A stretch of 64,000 bases of DNA. Source: Hydrolagus colliei. Lineage: Eukaryota. Both the position numbers and the translations under genes were made by a program. Under the pieces are notes generated by a model. It saw only the letters and a list, made by a program, of their open reading frames with translations, did not search any database and was not told where the DNA came from. Shown piece after piece: positions 1-11,686 of this stretch (the stretch's first letter is position 1; every line of letters begins with the position of its first letter). The DNA lies in NCBI GenBank assembly GCA_035084275.1, contig CM068771.1, positions 1,488,001 to 1,552,000 of the forward strand, in the 5' to 3' direction.

Positions 1-485
1 TACTCGTCCTCACTTTCCATTCACGTCCTTGCCCCCTCCTACCTTTCTGACCTGCTGTCCCTCTATCAACCTGCCCACCTCCCCCCATACAACGTACCAC
101 GATCTTCCATGTCCCCCGCCCTACCCACGCTGCCATCAGTGAACAGACTTTCAGCCTTTCTGTCCCCACACTCTGGACGTGAAAGGCACTGTATGAATGT
201 AACTTTGTAGTTTATGTATTTTGTCCCTTGGGGTAGTGTTTGGGTTTTGGGCGGGTAGAGATCAATGACGAAGTATGGGTGGAGTAATGCAGAGGAACTG
301 CGGCATCATGTTCCATCACGCTAATGGTGAGGTGGACCGGGTGAGAGCCATGGGGCAGGCCACAGCTCGATGAGCACAGGGAATGCACAGGTTGGTTGGG
401 GTTTAGAATGTCACAGAAGTAGGGAAGAGCAAGGCCATGCAGGGCTTTCAAAGTGAGCACCAGTTTGTTGAACTGTATCCTCTAT

Positions 486-771
486 AGTAATAATCCTTGC
501 ATTTCATATAGCGCTTTCCACATCTCAAAGTGCTTCACAGAATATACTGTAAAGTGACTCGACTGTATATTTGTGGGCGAAACGTGACAACCAATTGTGC
601 ACAGCAGTGTCCCACAAACAGTTGTGAATTGAAAAGACAATTTTTTATTATTGTGGATTTTTAGTTATGGATTATTATTGGGTGTGTGGAGTAAGGAAAG
701 TTGCCCCTTATCTGCCTGGATTCAAACACGCTTGTAAGGCTAGTGCTGTAACCAATGATCTACAGGAGCTC
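486..771 (-). mobile_element. tRNA-derived SINE (Deu-domain/L2-tail type)
   Basis: Reverse complement of the recurrent SINE: head gctcctgtag..tggttacagc, core ggacactgctgtgcacaattgg, tail aaatgcaaggattatt. Boundaries approximate. Confidence 0.7.
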
Positions 772-950
772 TATGTGATGGGAAGCCAGTAGAGTCAAGT
801 GAGGATGGGTATGATAGGGTCACAGAGCCTGATGCGAGAGGACAAAGGCTGCAGAGATTCTGGATGATCTCCAGCCTATAGAGGAAGGAATTGTGGAAGC
901 CAACAAGGAGGGAATTTGTGTAGTCGTGACTGGTTGTTATAAATTTGTGT

Positions 951-1235
951 AATAATAATAATCCTTGCATTTGATATAGCGCTTTTCACATCTTATCGAT
1001 GTCGCAAAGCACTTCACAGAATATACTGTAAAGTTAATTTGACTGTATATTTGTGGGCGAAAAGTGGCAGTCAATTGCGCAACAGCAGAGTTCAACAAAC
1101 AGTCGTGGATTGAAATTCCCAATTTTTTTTTTTTGTTTACCTATTATTAGGCATATGGAGTAAGGAAACTTGCCCAATTTTGCCCTGACCAGCCTGGATT
1201 CCAACATAGCTCTAACCACTGAGCAACAGGACTCT
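951..1235 (-). mobile_element. tRNA-derived SINE, near full length
   Basis: Same head, core and tail as the copies at 17981, 37735 and 43686. Confidence 0.75.
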
Positions 1236-1380
1236 GGCTAAAGAGGCCAGGTCTTTCAGGACTGTGTGTCTCACACACTCTTATTCTGCTTCACTCTAGC
1301 ACTTTCTCTCACTCGCCCACAAAACAGTCACTATACTTTAGTGTGTCACACACAAAACAACCAGTCACTGCACCTTACAG

Positions 1381-1869
1381 CAGTGGTTTCCGAACTTTTA
1401 ATAGGGGCGCACCCCCTAATTTAGCAAAGTTTTCATCGCGCACCCCCTCTCCTTCACATTAAATCATTTTCACAAATAACAGCAAATTCAAGAATTTCTT
1501 GACCTATTTTGATTATCAAAAAACATTAAATTGTTAAAAAAAAGTAATTAAATGAAAAAAATAGCTAAAATTGTGAAACCAATTACTAGCATTTGCAATT
1601 TACAACACAGTATATGTTAGTGTGATGTGGGAGCTTGATTTTCAAGTTTCTCCCCGACTCCCTGCCCAGCTCACTCGCTCACTGCTGGTATCACTCACGG
1701 GTCCTACCGCTGTTGCACCCCCTTTTAACCCACTGGCGAACGACATATTAGCGAAAGTCGCAACGTTAAGCGGGGTTTACCTGTAATAAGAACAATAATG
1801 GCCACACACCCCCCAAGCCAACAGTACACGCCCCACAAGGGAGGCGGCCACACGGTTTGGAAACCGCTG
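1381..1869. mobile_element. hAT (Charlie-like) non-autonomous element/MITE
   Basis: TIRs CAGTGGTTTCCGAAC and GTTTGGAAACCGCTG (13/15). 8-bp flanks ccttacag/ctttacaa (6/8) look like a decayed TSD. Contains a Tigger-like end near 1765-1786. Confidence 0.7.
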
Positions 1870-2555
1870 CTTTACAATGTTTCTCACCCAAATCACAATC
1901 ACTACAGTGACCCAATCCCCCCCCCCTTGCAGTCACTCACCCACCTTTTCTGAATTATTTGGTCACATGTGGCTTTGCCAGCACATGGCCAGGGGGGAAC
2001 AATAGCAGCAAGTGACCAGATGGACAAGAGAGAGGCGACGGCTTTAACCACTGAGCTGCAGGACTGTGGCTCGCCGAGGCAAATGGTCGGTCTCACTTCG
2101 CAAACCACATTTCCGTAGCTCAGTGGACATGGCCCGCATAGTTCTGGATGATCAGCAACCTACGGAGGGAGGAATTAGGAACGCTGACAAGCAGCGCATT
2201 GGCGTAGTCGAGTCGTGATGTGTTAGAACCATAAATGAGGATTTCAGCAACTTTGAGCATGAGGTAATGGCGGAGTTGGGCAATATTGCGGAGATGAGGA
2301 AAGGCAGTGTGGGTCATTGCTTGAGTGTTCAACCAAGGAGGATGATACTGCCAGTGCCTGACGCATGAAGGTATGAGGGGCTTGACAGCCTGGGGTATGA
2401 GACATTGGTGTAGCCAGGAGATGCTGCAGAGATGGGTGAAAGCATTTTATCTGGTTGTGTTTATCAATTGTAATGAAATATTACAGTGGAATATTGTGGA
2501 TTATCCTCAACCTGGAATCAGGACTCACTGTTTATTTATATTCACTTTGTTTCAG

Positions 2556-2651
2556 CAAAAGCTGCAGGAATCCCTAAAAACCCTTCAGAAACAGTTGGAT
2601 GAAATGTTTCAGTGTCAGAGAGAAGAAGAAGCGAATCTACTGGAAGTGAAG
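2556..2651 (+). CDS. TRIM gene A, coiled-coil exon (96 bp)
   Basis: ttcag|CAAAAG...GTGAAG|gtgag; QKLQESLKTLQKQLDEMFQCQREEEANLLEVK. 96 bp, phase 0/0, is the canonical TRIM exon size. The RING/B-box exon was not found in the window and is presumably upstream. Confidence 0.85.
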
Positions 2652-3094
2652 GTGAGAGGTGCCCAGAGTGTGCATTTTTAGTCTAACCACCTGTAACTGC
2701 ATATCTTGTCATTGATATCACGGTTTGGCAGGCTTCTCTGCTGCTTGTCCAACAAGGACTTTACTCACCAGTTAGGGATTTGGTTTCAGGATTAAATAGC
2801 AGGAGTAGGTTGACTCCCTGTCCCAGTGACTTGTCTGGCCTTCCAGGTCCTGCCGATGGGCTGGGCTGTCATCAGATACTGCAGTTCTACCTGGCTCAGG
2901 AACTGGACCAGAGACCATTACAGAGGCTGGCTCAACTCGTCATTTATGTGTCACCTTGGGACCAGTTAAGTTCAGGAGACCCCAGCCCACTCGACCCAGG
3001 AGAAAATTATACCCTGTTCACAGATAATGTAACCACGACTGACAGTCCGAGCCCCTGTTCTTATTTTTGGATAACCTTCTCTTTATTGTGACAG

Positions 3095-3325
3095 AGACAA
3101 GCCGAGCGTCTTAGGAAGAACATCGAGGCTGAATTTGCTAAACGTCACCAGCTTCTGACGGAGGAGCAGCGAGATCTGATCAGTAAACTCAGACGGCAGG
3201 AGGAGACCCTCGTAGGACAAATAGAAAACAATAATAGCGACATTTCCACACAATTGAGTTTGATTAACCAGCGAATAGCGGAAATCGAGACACGACTGAC
3301 TCTCCGTAACACCAAATTCCTGAAG
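3095..3325 (+). CDS. TRIM gene A, coiled-coil exon (231 bp)
   Basis: acag|AGACAA...CTGAAG|gtac; RQAERLRKNIEAEFAKRHQLLTEEQRDLISKLRRQEE...TKFLK. Canonical 231-bp TRIM exon. Confidence 0.88.
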
Positions 3326-3328
3326 GTA

Positions 3329-3585
3329 CATACAACAACAACAATTTACATTTATAGAGCGCCTTTCACGTCGGGAGGACGTCCCAAGGCGCTGAACAGG
3401 AGGCGTGTGACCCGAGCTGGGAGGGGAGTGTTTGGGAAGGGGTGAAACACGAAGGGGAGGTCAAAGAGTTTGGGGTGGAACAAAAGGCACGATCGAAGAG
3501 GAAAGTCTTCAAACCGGCCTTGAAAGAGGAAAGGGAAGAGACGAAACGGAGGGATTGAGGGATGGCATTCCATAAGGACATACAT
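3329..3585 (-). mobile_element. L2-clade LINE 3' end
   Basis: Reverse of the L2 3' end (LWNAIPQSLRFVSSLSSFKAGLKTFLF, then aaaggcgctctataaatgtaa(ttg)n). Confidence 0.8.
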
Positions 3586-3845
3586 ACATAGTCTGTGTAT
3601 CTGGTAAGATAGACAGTTTGTGTGTTCATGCTGGTTTGTCTGGTATGATAGATAAAGAGTGCGTGTGTTAATGCTATTCTGTGTTCGGTATAGACGGACA
3701 GTGAGTGTGTGTATTGCTGGTGGATGTCTGGTGTGATGGACAGATAGGTGAAGTTGTTAAGGGTGAATTGGGAAGGATTGCATGTGACTTGAAGTGGCTG
3801 ATTTACTGCGATTGTGCTGTGACTCAGATCGGAAATTTTGTTTTA

Positions 3846-5318
3846 CCGTAAATACCCGCGTATAAGGCGCACTTTTTGGCACGTCGGAAGATCTCGAAAG
3901 TTGGGGGTGCGCCCTATACGCAGGTACAAGAAATTTTGAGCCTCGGAGATACAGTAAACAGGAGGGGCGGCCGGCGCGCTGTCAGCCGGGGTTTGGTCAG
4001 TGTCCGGCGGGGGTTGGGGGGAAGCGGGTGATGGGGCTTCGGCCTCGGCCGCTCGGGCAGCGGCAACAGCAGCGGACTTCAATACCGTGCCTGCTGCCTG
4101 CCTTCTGCCAAACCCAGTCTGCCNNNNNNNNNNNNNNNNNNNNNNNNNNNNNNNNNNNNNNNNNNNNNNNNNNNNNNNNNNNNNNNNNNNNNNNNNNNNN
4201 NNNNNNNNNNNNNNNNNNNNNNNNNNNNNNNNNNNNNNNNNNNNNNNNNNNNNNNNNNNNNNNNNNCTCTCCCTGCCTGCCTGCCTCTCTCTCTCTCTCT
4301 CCCTGCCTGCCTCTCTCTCTCTCTCTCTCTCCCTGCCTGCCTCTNNNNNNNNNNNNNNNNNNNNNNNNNNNNNNNNNNNNNNNNNNNNNNNNNNNNNNNN
4401 NNNNNNNNNNNNNNNNNNNNNNNNNNNNNNNNNNNNNNNNNNNNNNNNNNNNNNNNNNNNNNNNNNNNNNNNNNNNNNNNNNNNNNNNNNNNNNNNNNNN
4501 NNNNNNNNNNNNNNNNNNNNNNNNNNNNNNNNNNNNNNNNNNNNNNNNNNNNNNNNNNNNNNNNNNNNNNNNNNNNNNNNNNNNNNNNNNNNNNNNNNNN
4601 NNNNNNNNNNNNNNNNNNNNNNNNNNNNNNNNNNNNNNNNNNNNNNNNNNNNNNNNNNNNNNNNNNNNNNNNNNNNNNNNNNNNNNNNNNNNNNNNNNNN
4701 NNNNNNNNNNNNNNNNNNNNNNNNNNNNNNNNNNNNNNNNNNNNNNNNNNNNNNNNNNNNNNNNNNNNNNNNNNNNNNNNNNNNNNNNNNNNNNNNNNNN
4801 NNNNNNNNNNNNNNNNNNNNNNNNNNNNNNNNNNNNNNNNNNNNNNNNNNNNNNNNNNNNNNNNNNNNNNNNTCTCCCCCTCCCTGCCTGCCTCTCTCTC
4901 TCTCTCTCTCTCCCTCCCTCCCTGCCTGCTTGCCTGCCTGCCTCCCTCCCTCCCTCCGTCCCTGCCTNNNNNNNNNNNNNNNNNNNNNNNNNNNNNNNNN
5001 NNNNNNNNNNNNNNNNNNNNNNNNNNNNNNNNNNNNNNNNNNNNNNNNNNNNNNNNNNNNNNNNNNNNNNNNNNNNNNNNNNNNNNNNNNNNNNNNNNNN
5101 NNNNNNNNNNNNNNNNNNNNNNNNNNNNNNNNNNNNNNNNNNNNNNNNNNNNNNNNNNNNNNNNNNNNNNNCTCTCCCTACCTACCTGTCTCTCCTGCCT
5201 CCCTCCCTTCTGCCGGCAATATCATCGAACATTCTTCCACTTTTTTTCACCAAGAAAAGGTCAAAAGTGGGGGGATGCGCCTTATACGCGAGTGCGCCTT
5301 ATACGCGAGTATTTACGG
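3846..5318. mobile_element. Tc1/mariner (Tc2/pogo-like) non-autonomous element with internal CT-rich VNTR
   Basis: TA|CCGTAAATACCCGCGTATAAGGCGCAC ... GTGCGCCTTATACGCGAGTATTTACGG|TA: TIRs with a TA target duplication. The interior is (ccctgcctgcctctct)n interrupted by N-gaps. Confidence 0.85.
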
Positions 5319-5639
5319 TAATTAATTAAAACAGTTTATTGCTGTTAACACAACCCTGGCTTCACCTGTCACAACCACTTATGCCATCATCTTGTCACTA
5401 TTCTGGCCATATTTATTTGCATAATAACCTGTAATATAGTTTATATTTATATACCGTATGTCTAATCTACCACTCCTGTTACCTCACCAGTGAGACAATT
5501 TGCATAGGAGTGACAATTTATTAGTTTATCTCAATTTAACACAAATCACAGAACAATCTGCATAATACCTGTTCAATGTCATCTCGATGGCTGTGTGGAA
5601 GATTGATTCAAGCTTTCTTTGCTTTTATTTCCTCTTCAG

Positions 5640-5662
5640 GATATCACGTCCATCGTTGACAG
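5640..5662 (+). CDS. TRIM gene A, 23-bp exon
   Basis: cttcag|GATATCACGTCCATCGTTGACAG|gt; DITSIVD(R). Canonical 23-bp TRIM micro-exon, phase 0/2. Confidence 0.8.
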
Positions 5663-6225
5663 GTCTGTAATATTTCCTTACATCCCTCTCGTTAGTGGTA
5701 TTTCCTATTCTCAGTGTGCATCAGAAGGTGATATTAGTCACAGAGAGACTTACGTGTGTGAGAGCCCAGAACATTATATTTCTCCAGGCTATTTTCAAAT
5801 ACTACAGGATATTTTGATAATGGTGAAGTCTTGTAGCTCAGTGGTGAGTGCACTCGCCTTGCAAGTGAGAGACCTGAGTTCATTTCCTGGCTTGGTACAA
5901 CCTTATTCATGGATAATAATCCCTCAAGAAAAAACAATTATAAATTGATTGATTAAACTTTAAATTGAATCCATATTATTAATGGGACACAAGAATGCTC
6001 AATTGGCTTCCCTGTTTCAACCACCAATATATTCGCTTTGCACTTTCTTCCCTGAGCGCTTTAGGATTCACAAATATGAAAAAAGCTTTCCAATCGACAA
6101 ACAACAGTATTTCTACTTAGTGCTTGGTGTCAAATAGGGAAACTTCCCTAATTTGCTGATGAAAATCTCCTGAATCATCAATATTGTGTGTAAATTTGTC
6201 TAAACAAGTTTCTATCTGTGCTCAG

Positions 6226-6341
6226 GTCTGATGTTGAAATCAAGAAACCCACAAAAGTGTCTGTTCATGTGGCTGAGGGGGATCTCAATGGGCCTCTGTG
6301 GAGCAGAGGGTGGAAACGGATGTTAAAGGGCATCATGGCAG
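6226..6341 (+). CDS. TRIM gene A, linker exon (116 bp)
   Basis: ctcag|GTCTGATG...ATGGCAG|gtaac; SDVEIKKPTKVSVHVAEGDLNGPLWSRGWKRMLKGIMA. Phase 2/1 fits the flanking exons. Confidence 0.82.
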
Positions 6342-6640
6342 GTAACACTGGCACTTACTGTGATCCTGAGATCAGAGTCTGACTCTGGGAATAGACGTGG
6401 AGTAAATGTCTTGTTCTCTCTCCTCATCTCCTCAGCCGGGAATGATCAATGAGATCATTGAGAGCTCAGCCCACCTCAGCCCTGTGATGGGCCCCCGGGT
6501 CACAGCCAGACATTACTGGTGTCCCTGGTGTAACCTGAGACACACAGAGCAGAAATCCAAACCTCACTGAATGAACCAGTGAAATATCATGTCAGCCATT
6601 CACCACTCGAGCACCAACATGTCAACATTCTCTGTTTCAG

Positions 6641-7155
6641 CTCCAGCCTCTGTGACTCTGGATCCTAACACAGCCCATCGCCAGCTCATCCTGTCTGAGG
6701 ACCGGACCCGAGTGAGATGCAGAGACAGAGATCAGCAGGTTCCTAGCACCCCGGAGAGGTTCCGTTACAAGCTCAGTGTCCTGGGGTCTGAGTGGTTCAG
6801 ATCAGGGAGACATTACTGGGAGGTGGGGGTGGAGAACAACACAGACTGGATAGTGGGGGTGGCCCAAGAGTCTTTGCCCAGGAAGGGGAGATTCACACAT
6901 GAACCTGAGACTGGAGTCTGGGCTGTGAGGCTGCTCAATGGGACATATGAAGCTCTAACTTCACCTCCTACTCCCCTCCGCCTGAGTGTGAGACCCCGGG
7001 TGTTGGGTGTGTACCTGGACTATGAGGGAGGACAGGTGTCGCTGTACGACGCTGACCAAATGTCTCATCTCTTCACATTCACCCACACGTTCACTGAGAA
7101 ACTCTACCCTTACTTCAGCACAGATTGTGACACTGACCTGACACTGATCAACTAG
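6641..7155 (+). CDS. TRIM gene A, terminal PRY/SPRY (B30.2) exon
   Basis: tttcag|CTCCAGCC; [21 protein letters not shown]...GRHYWEV...[17 protein letters not shown]...[13 protein letters not shown]. The five exons sum to 981 nt, in frame to TAG. Confidence 0.92.
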
Positions 7156-7204
7156 CAGGGATGAGGATGACAATCAGACAGAGGGTACAAGGGCTAGTGG
7201 GCAG

Positions 7205-7625
7205 ATAATGGAGGCGACCATAGGAACAAAGAAACAGGAGGAGGCCATTCAGCTCCTCCAGCCTGTTCCCCCCATTCTATGGGATCATGACTAACCTGTT
7301 CCTCAGTTACCTTGCCTTTGCCACATGTCCTCTTTATCCGCTGAACTAACAAACATTTAACCCCCTCGGGCTTGAAATTGAGAATGGATTGAGCTATAAT
7401 CCACAGCCTTTTGGGAAGAAAGTTCCAGCTTTCCACTAACATTTGGGTGATAAACCGTCTCCTAGTTTTACTTCGAAATAGCCTGGCTTTAACTTTAACA
7501 CTTTAGCTGAACAGTTTCTCCCAATTGAATTGCTTTATCATTTTAAATTCCTCAATTAGATCACCGCTCATCCGCCTAGGGGACCAGCAAGCAGGTTTAT
7601 GCCTCCTGTCCTCATAATTTATCCC
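7205..7625 (-). mobile_element. CR1 LINE 3' remnant in the 3' UTR of TRIM A
   Basis: Antisense CR1 tail (ggaggccattcagctcctccagcctgttcc...). A homologous insert follows the PRY/SPRY copies at about 14100 and 18340-18690. Confidence 0.6.
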
Positions 7626-8519
7626 GTTAAATCCTGACTCTACAAATGTAATTACGTATTGTATAAGTATTACAATAAAACAGACAAATGTACCATCTCT
7701 CTGTGTGATGTCTGATACATATCGGTCGGCGATGTCGCCTCGGGCACTTTTCAGCATTAAATAAAGCAACAAAAGGTAATCCCGATGACCCTTCGCGGCC
7801 GTAACGTGGACCCCCGCGACCCCCCGAGGTTGGCAACCACTGGTCCAGAGAAACACAGTCACTGATACGCAGATTGCCCAGCACAGCCGTCGAACACAAG
7901 CCACAGCCGATACACACCAAACAGCAGCTAAAGTCAAGCGATCCGACAAACAAGCGGGTTCCTGCTGTAAACTGAGCCTGCGTGTGGAGTGAGGAAACTT
8001 GCTCAAAGTTCCTTTTTTTTTCCTTTTTTTTCCCCAAAAAGGGGGGAGCATCGGAGTAGTTTCCTAATGTCTGTTTTGGGGTTTTTATGTTTTGGCCTAC
8101 CATCCGGTAAGGAAAGGATGGTGGAGCTGGGATTAGCCCCTTTGTAACTGCTCCCTGTAAATAAAGGCAGCAGTGCAGAGAAGCGAGGAGGCCCTGGCAT
8201 AAGGGGATGTGGGCAATAGGCGTTTAGGGTCGAGAATGCTAGGTTTTGGGGGTTTTCTCCACAAAGAAGGATGTTTTTTTTGGGGTGTGGTGATTGTTTT
8301 TTTTGTTTCGCGTGTGTACGGAGTCAGGGCCGATGCGGAATGTCACGGGAGAAAAGGACTTAGGCAAATGGATGTGACGGGGAAAAGTTTAGAAAACAAA
8401 TTATATGATTTTAATCAAATTAAAAAGATATATTTGTTTAAAAAAAAGAAACTTGCTCAAAGTTCCGTCTTCTCCAGGAATCGAACCAGGATCCTCTCAC
8501 TGTCTGTGGCCTAATATGG

Positions 8520-9040
8520 CACAAGGTTTGCTGAGGGGGGCGTGACGTGCTCACCGCCTCAGCAGAGCGCGGGCCGTGATTGATCACCTCGCTGACCAAT
8601 AGGAAACTACGGCTAAGGGAGGGCGGGTGTTCAAAACAGCCAATGGTAGTGCGGATGGGAATCGGTGATGGGGGGGGGGGTTCGTGAATGATTGAGGAGA
8701 ACATGATTGACAGCGAAGCTGACGAATGGGTAATTGGGGAGTGATGAACGTAACCAATCGGTAGCGAATAGGCGGGGACAGAGTGACGGTTGGTGGAAGA
8801 TTTAGAGGCGAGCACGTGATGGATGTGGGCACGCACCAATCAGAGTCTGGAGTCTGATTGACACAACCGTTAACCAATGGAAAGCTCTGTCCGACGCGGC
8901 GGGTGTTTGAAAAGGACCAATAGGGGGAGAGCGAGTGGGCGGGGGAGAGAGTGACGGTTGTGGGAGAAGCTCAGACATGGCGATGACAAGTGGAGCGGCA
9001 ACGAGCGGCTGGACAACAGGTCACTGACAGAGGGTCCGGT
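8520..9040 (+). promoter_or_regulatory. CpG-rich, multi-CCAAT (NF-Y type) promoter-like region with a possible first exon
   Basis: CCAAT at 8596, 8640, 8754, 8836, 8874 and 8917; ATTGG at 8733; TGACGT near 8545; GC boxes; high CpG density; candidate donor CCG|GTCAGT near 9038. Confidence 0.55.
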
Positions 9041-9049
9041 CAGTGAGAG

Positions 9050-11115
9050 AGAGAGTGAGAGTGAGAGAGAGAACGGGAGTGTGTGAGAGAGAGTGAGAGG
9101 GTGTGTGAGAGAAGGAGAGTGTATGAGAGAGAGAGTGAGTGTGAGAGAATGTGAGAGTAAATGTAATTGTGAGGGGGGTGGGGGGGCGGTGTGTGTGGGG
9201 GGTAAGGGGGTGTAAGTGTGTGTGTGGGGGGGGTAAGTGTGTGTGGGATGGGGGGGAGGGGGGTAAGTGTGTGTGACGATGAGTGTGTAAGTGTGTGTGG
9301 GGGGGAGGGGGGTGTAAGTGTGTGTGACGATGAGTGTGTAAGTGGTTGTGTGACAGTATGTCAGTGTGGGTGTGTAAGTATTTGTGTGAGGGGGTGTGTA
9401 GGTGTAAGTGTGTGGGGGGGGGGGAAGTGTGTGTGGGGGGGTGTAAGTGTGTGTGACGATGAGTGTGTAAGTGGTTGTGTGACAGTGTGTGAGTGTGTAA
9501 GTATTTGTGTGTGGGGGGGGTGAAAGTGTGTGTGGGGGTGTTTCTGTGGGGACACTGTAAGTGTGTGTGTGTGGGGGGGGTAAGTGTGTGTGGGATGGGA
9601 GAAAGGGGAGGTAAGTGTGCGTGACGATGAGTGTGTAAGTGGTTGTGTGACAGTATGTCAGTGTGTGGGTGTGTGTAAGTGTATGTGTGAGGGGGTGTGT
9701 AAGTGTGTGTGGGGGTGTTTCTGTGGGGACACTAAGTGTGTGTGTGTGGGGGGGGTAAGTGTATGTGGGAGGGGGGGGTGTAAGTGTGTGTGTGTGTGGG
9801 GGGGGGGGTAAGTGTGTGTGGGAGGGGTGTGTAAGTGTGTGTGGGGGGGTGTAAGTGTGTGTGGGATGGGGAGAGGGGGGTGTAAGTGTGTGTGTGTGTG
9901 GGAGGGTGTAAGTGTGTGTGTGGGGGGGGGGGGTAAGTGTGTGTGTGTGGGGGGGGTAAGTGTGTGTGGGAGGGGGGTGTAAGTGTGTGTGTGGTGGGGG
10001 GGGAAGTGTGTGTGGGATGGGGGGGAGGGGGTGTAAGTGTGTGTGACGATGAGTGTGTAAGTGGTTGTGTGACAGTATGTCAGTGTGTGGGTGTGTGTAA
10101 GTGTAAGTATGAGGGGGGGTGTAAGTGTGTGTGGGGGTGTTTCTGTGGGGACACTGTAAGTGTGTGTGTGGGGGGGGGGTAAGTGTGTGTGGGAGGGGGG
10201 GTGTAAGTGTGTGTGTGTGGGGGGGGGTAAGTGTGTGTGGAAGGGGGGTGGGGGTAAGTGTGTGTGTGGGGAGGGGGGGTGGTAAGTGTGTGTGGGAGGG
10301 GGGTGTAAGTGTGTGTGGGAGGCGGGTGTATGTGTGTGTGGGGGGGGAAGGTAAGTGTGTGTGGGAGGGGGGTGTAAGTGTATGTGCGGGGGGGGTAAGT
10401 GTGTGTGGGAGGGGGGTGTAAGTGTGTGTGTGTGGGGGGGGGTAAGTGTGTGTGTGTGTGGGGGGGTAAGTGTGTGGGAGGGTGTGTAAGTGTGTGTGTG
10501 TGGGGGGGGGTAAGTGTGTGTGGGAGGGGGGTGTAAGTGTGTGTGTGTGGGGGGGTGTAAGTGTGTGTGGGAGGGGGGGGGTGTGGGGGGGGAAGGTAAG
10601 TGTGTGTGGGAGGGGGGTGTAAGTGTATGTGTGGGGGGGGTAAGTGTGTGTGGGAGGGGGGTGTAAGTGTGTGTGTGTGGGGGGGGTAAGTGTGTGTGGG
10701 GGGGGTAAGTGTGTGTGGGAGGGTGTGTAAGTGTGTGTGTGTGGGGGGGGGGGTAAGTGTGTGTGGGAGGGGGGTGTAAGTGTGTGTGGGAGGGGGGTGT
10801 AAGTGTGTGTGGGGTGGGGTAAGTGTGTGTGGGATGGGGGGGAGGGGGGTGTGAGTGTGTGACGATGAGTGTGTAAGTGGTTGTGTGACAGCATGTCAGT
10901 GTGTGGGTGTGTGTAAGTATTTGTGTGAGGGGGTGTGTAGGTGTAAGTGTGTGTGGGGGGGAGAAGTGTGTGGGGGTGTTTCTGTGGGGACACTGTAAGT
11001 GTGTGTGTGGGGGGGGGTAAGTGTGTGTGGGATGGGGGGAGGGGGGTGTAAGTGTGTGTGTGGGGGGGGGGGTAAGTGTGTGGGGGGGGGGGGGGGAGGG
11101 GGGTGTAAGTTTGTC
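9050..11115. repeat. GT-rich complex minisatellite (gtaagtgtgtgtggggggg)n with a higher-order unit
   Basis: Directly visible. Longer blocks recur, e.g. gtgtgacgatgagtgtgtaagtggttgtgtgacag and gggggtgtttctgtggggacactgtaagt. Confidence 0.95.
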
Positions 11116-11377
11116 ACTCTGTCTCGCCTTCTAACAGAATCACAGTTTTCCTGACTTTGTCCCCAGTTGTTTTTNNNNNNNNNNNNNNNNNNNNNNNNNN
11201 NNNNNNNNNNNNNNNNNNNNNNNNNNNNNNNNNNNNNNNNNNNNNNNNNNNNNNNNNNNNNNNNNNNNNNNNNNNNNNNNNNNNNNNNNNNNNNNNNNNN
11301 NNNNNNNNNNNNNNNNNNNNCTGGCTGGGGGTGAGGAGAAGCCTTTTCTCACTTTACAGCCTTGTACACATCTCCAC

Positions 11378-11686
11378 CGGTGCGCGAATCAGCGACTTCG
11401 CGGTCACGGATTTAAAATAGTTTCAAAACGGTGCCCGAGGGGAGCCGAGGACAAATGTTTTCACTCAGCGGGTTGTTCGAATCTGGAATGCGTCGCCTGG
11501 AAAGGTGGTGGAGGCTGATTCAATAACAGCTTTTAAAAGAGAATTAGATCTTTATTTAGGGAGAGCAGGTCTGTTAGGTTATAGGGAGAGAGCTGGGCAG
11601 TGGGATTGAGTTGCTCTGTTTCAAAGAGCCGGCACAGACTAGACGGGCAGAATGGCCTCCTTTTGTGCCGTATAATTCTATGGTTC
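11378..11686 (+). mobile_element. CR1 LINE 3' end
   Basis: Matches the 3' ends at 46690-47013 and 53590-53888 (gggcagaatggcctccttttgtgccg...attctatg). Confidence 0.8.

Noticed and set aside
4000-5329. 441-aa and 433-aa ORFs (and similar ones at 16346-16718 and 45013-45736)
   Set aside because: They run through N-gaps and microsatellites inside transposon remnants.
5830-5900. tRNA-Ala(TGC)-like sequence (also at 8450-8500, 17981, 37735 and 43686)
   Set aside because: These are SINE heads: the cloverleaf is incomplete and they continue into the SINE body.
8870-10993. 707-aa Pro/His/Thr-rich ORF and the overlapping Val/Cys/Gly-rich ORFs
   Set aside because: Translations of the GT minisatellite; they stay open only because the repeat unit lacks stops in those frames.
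9050-11115. Repeat-spacer-like appearance (CRISPR-like array)
   Set aside because: Eukaryotic DNA; the units are degenerate tandem repeats with no unique spacers and no cas genes.
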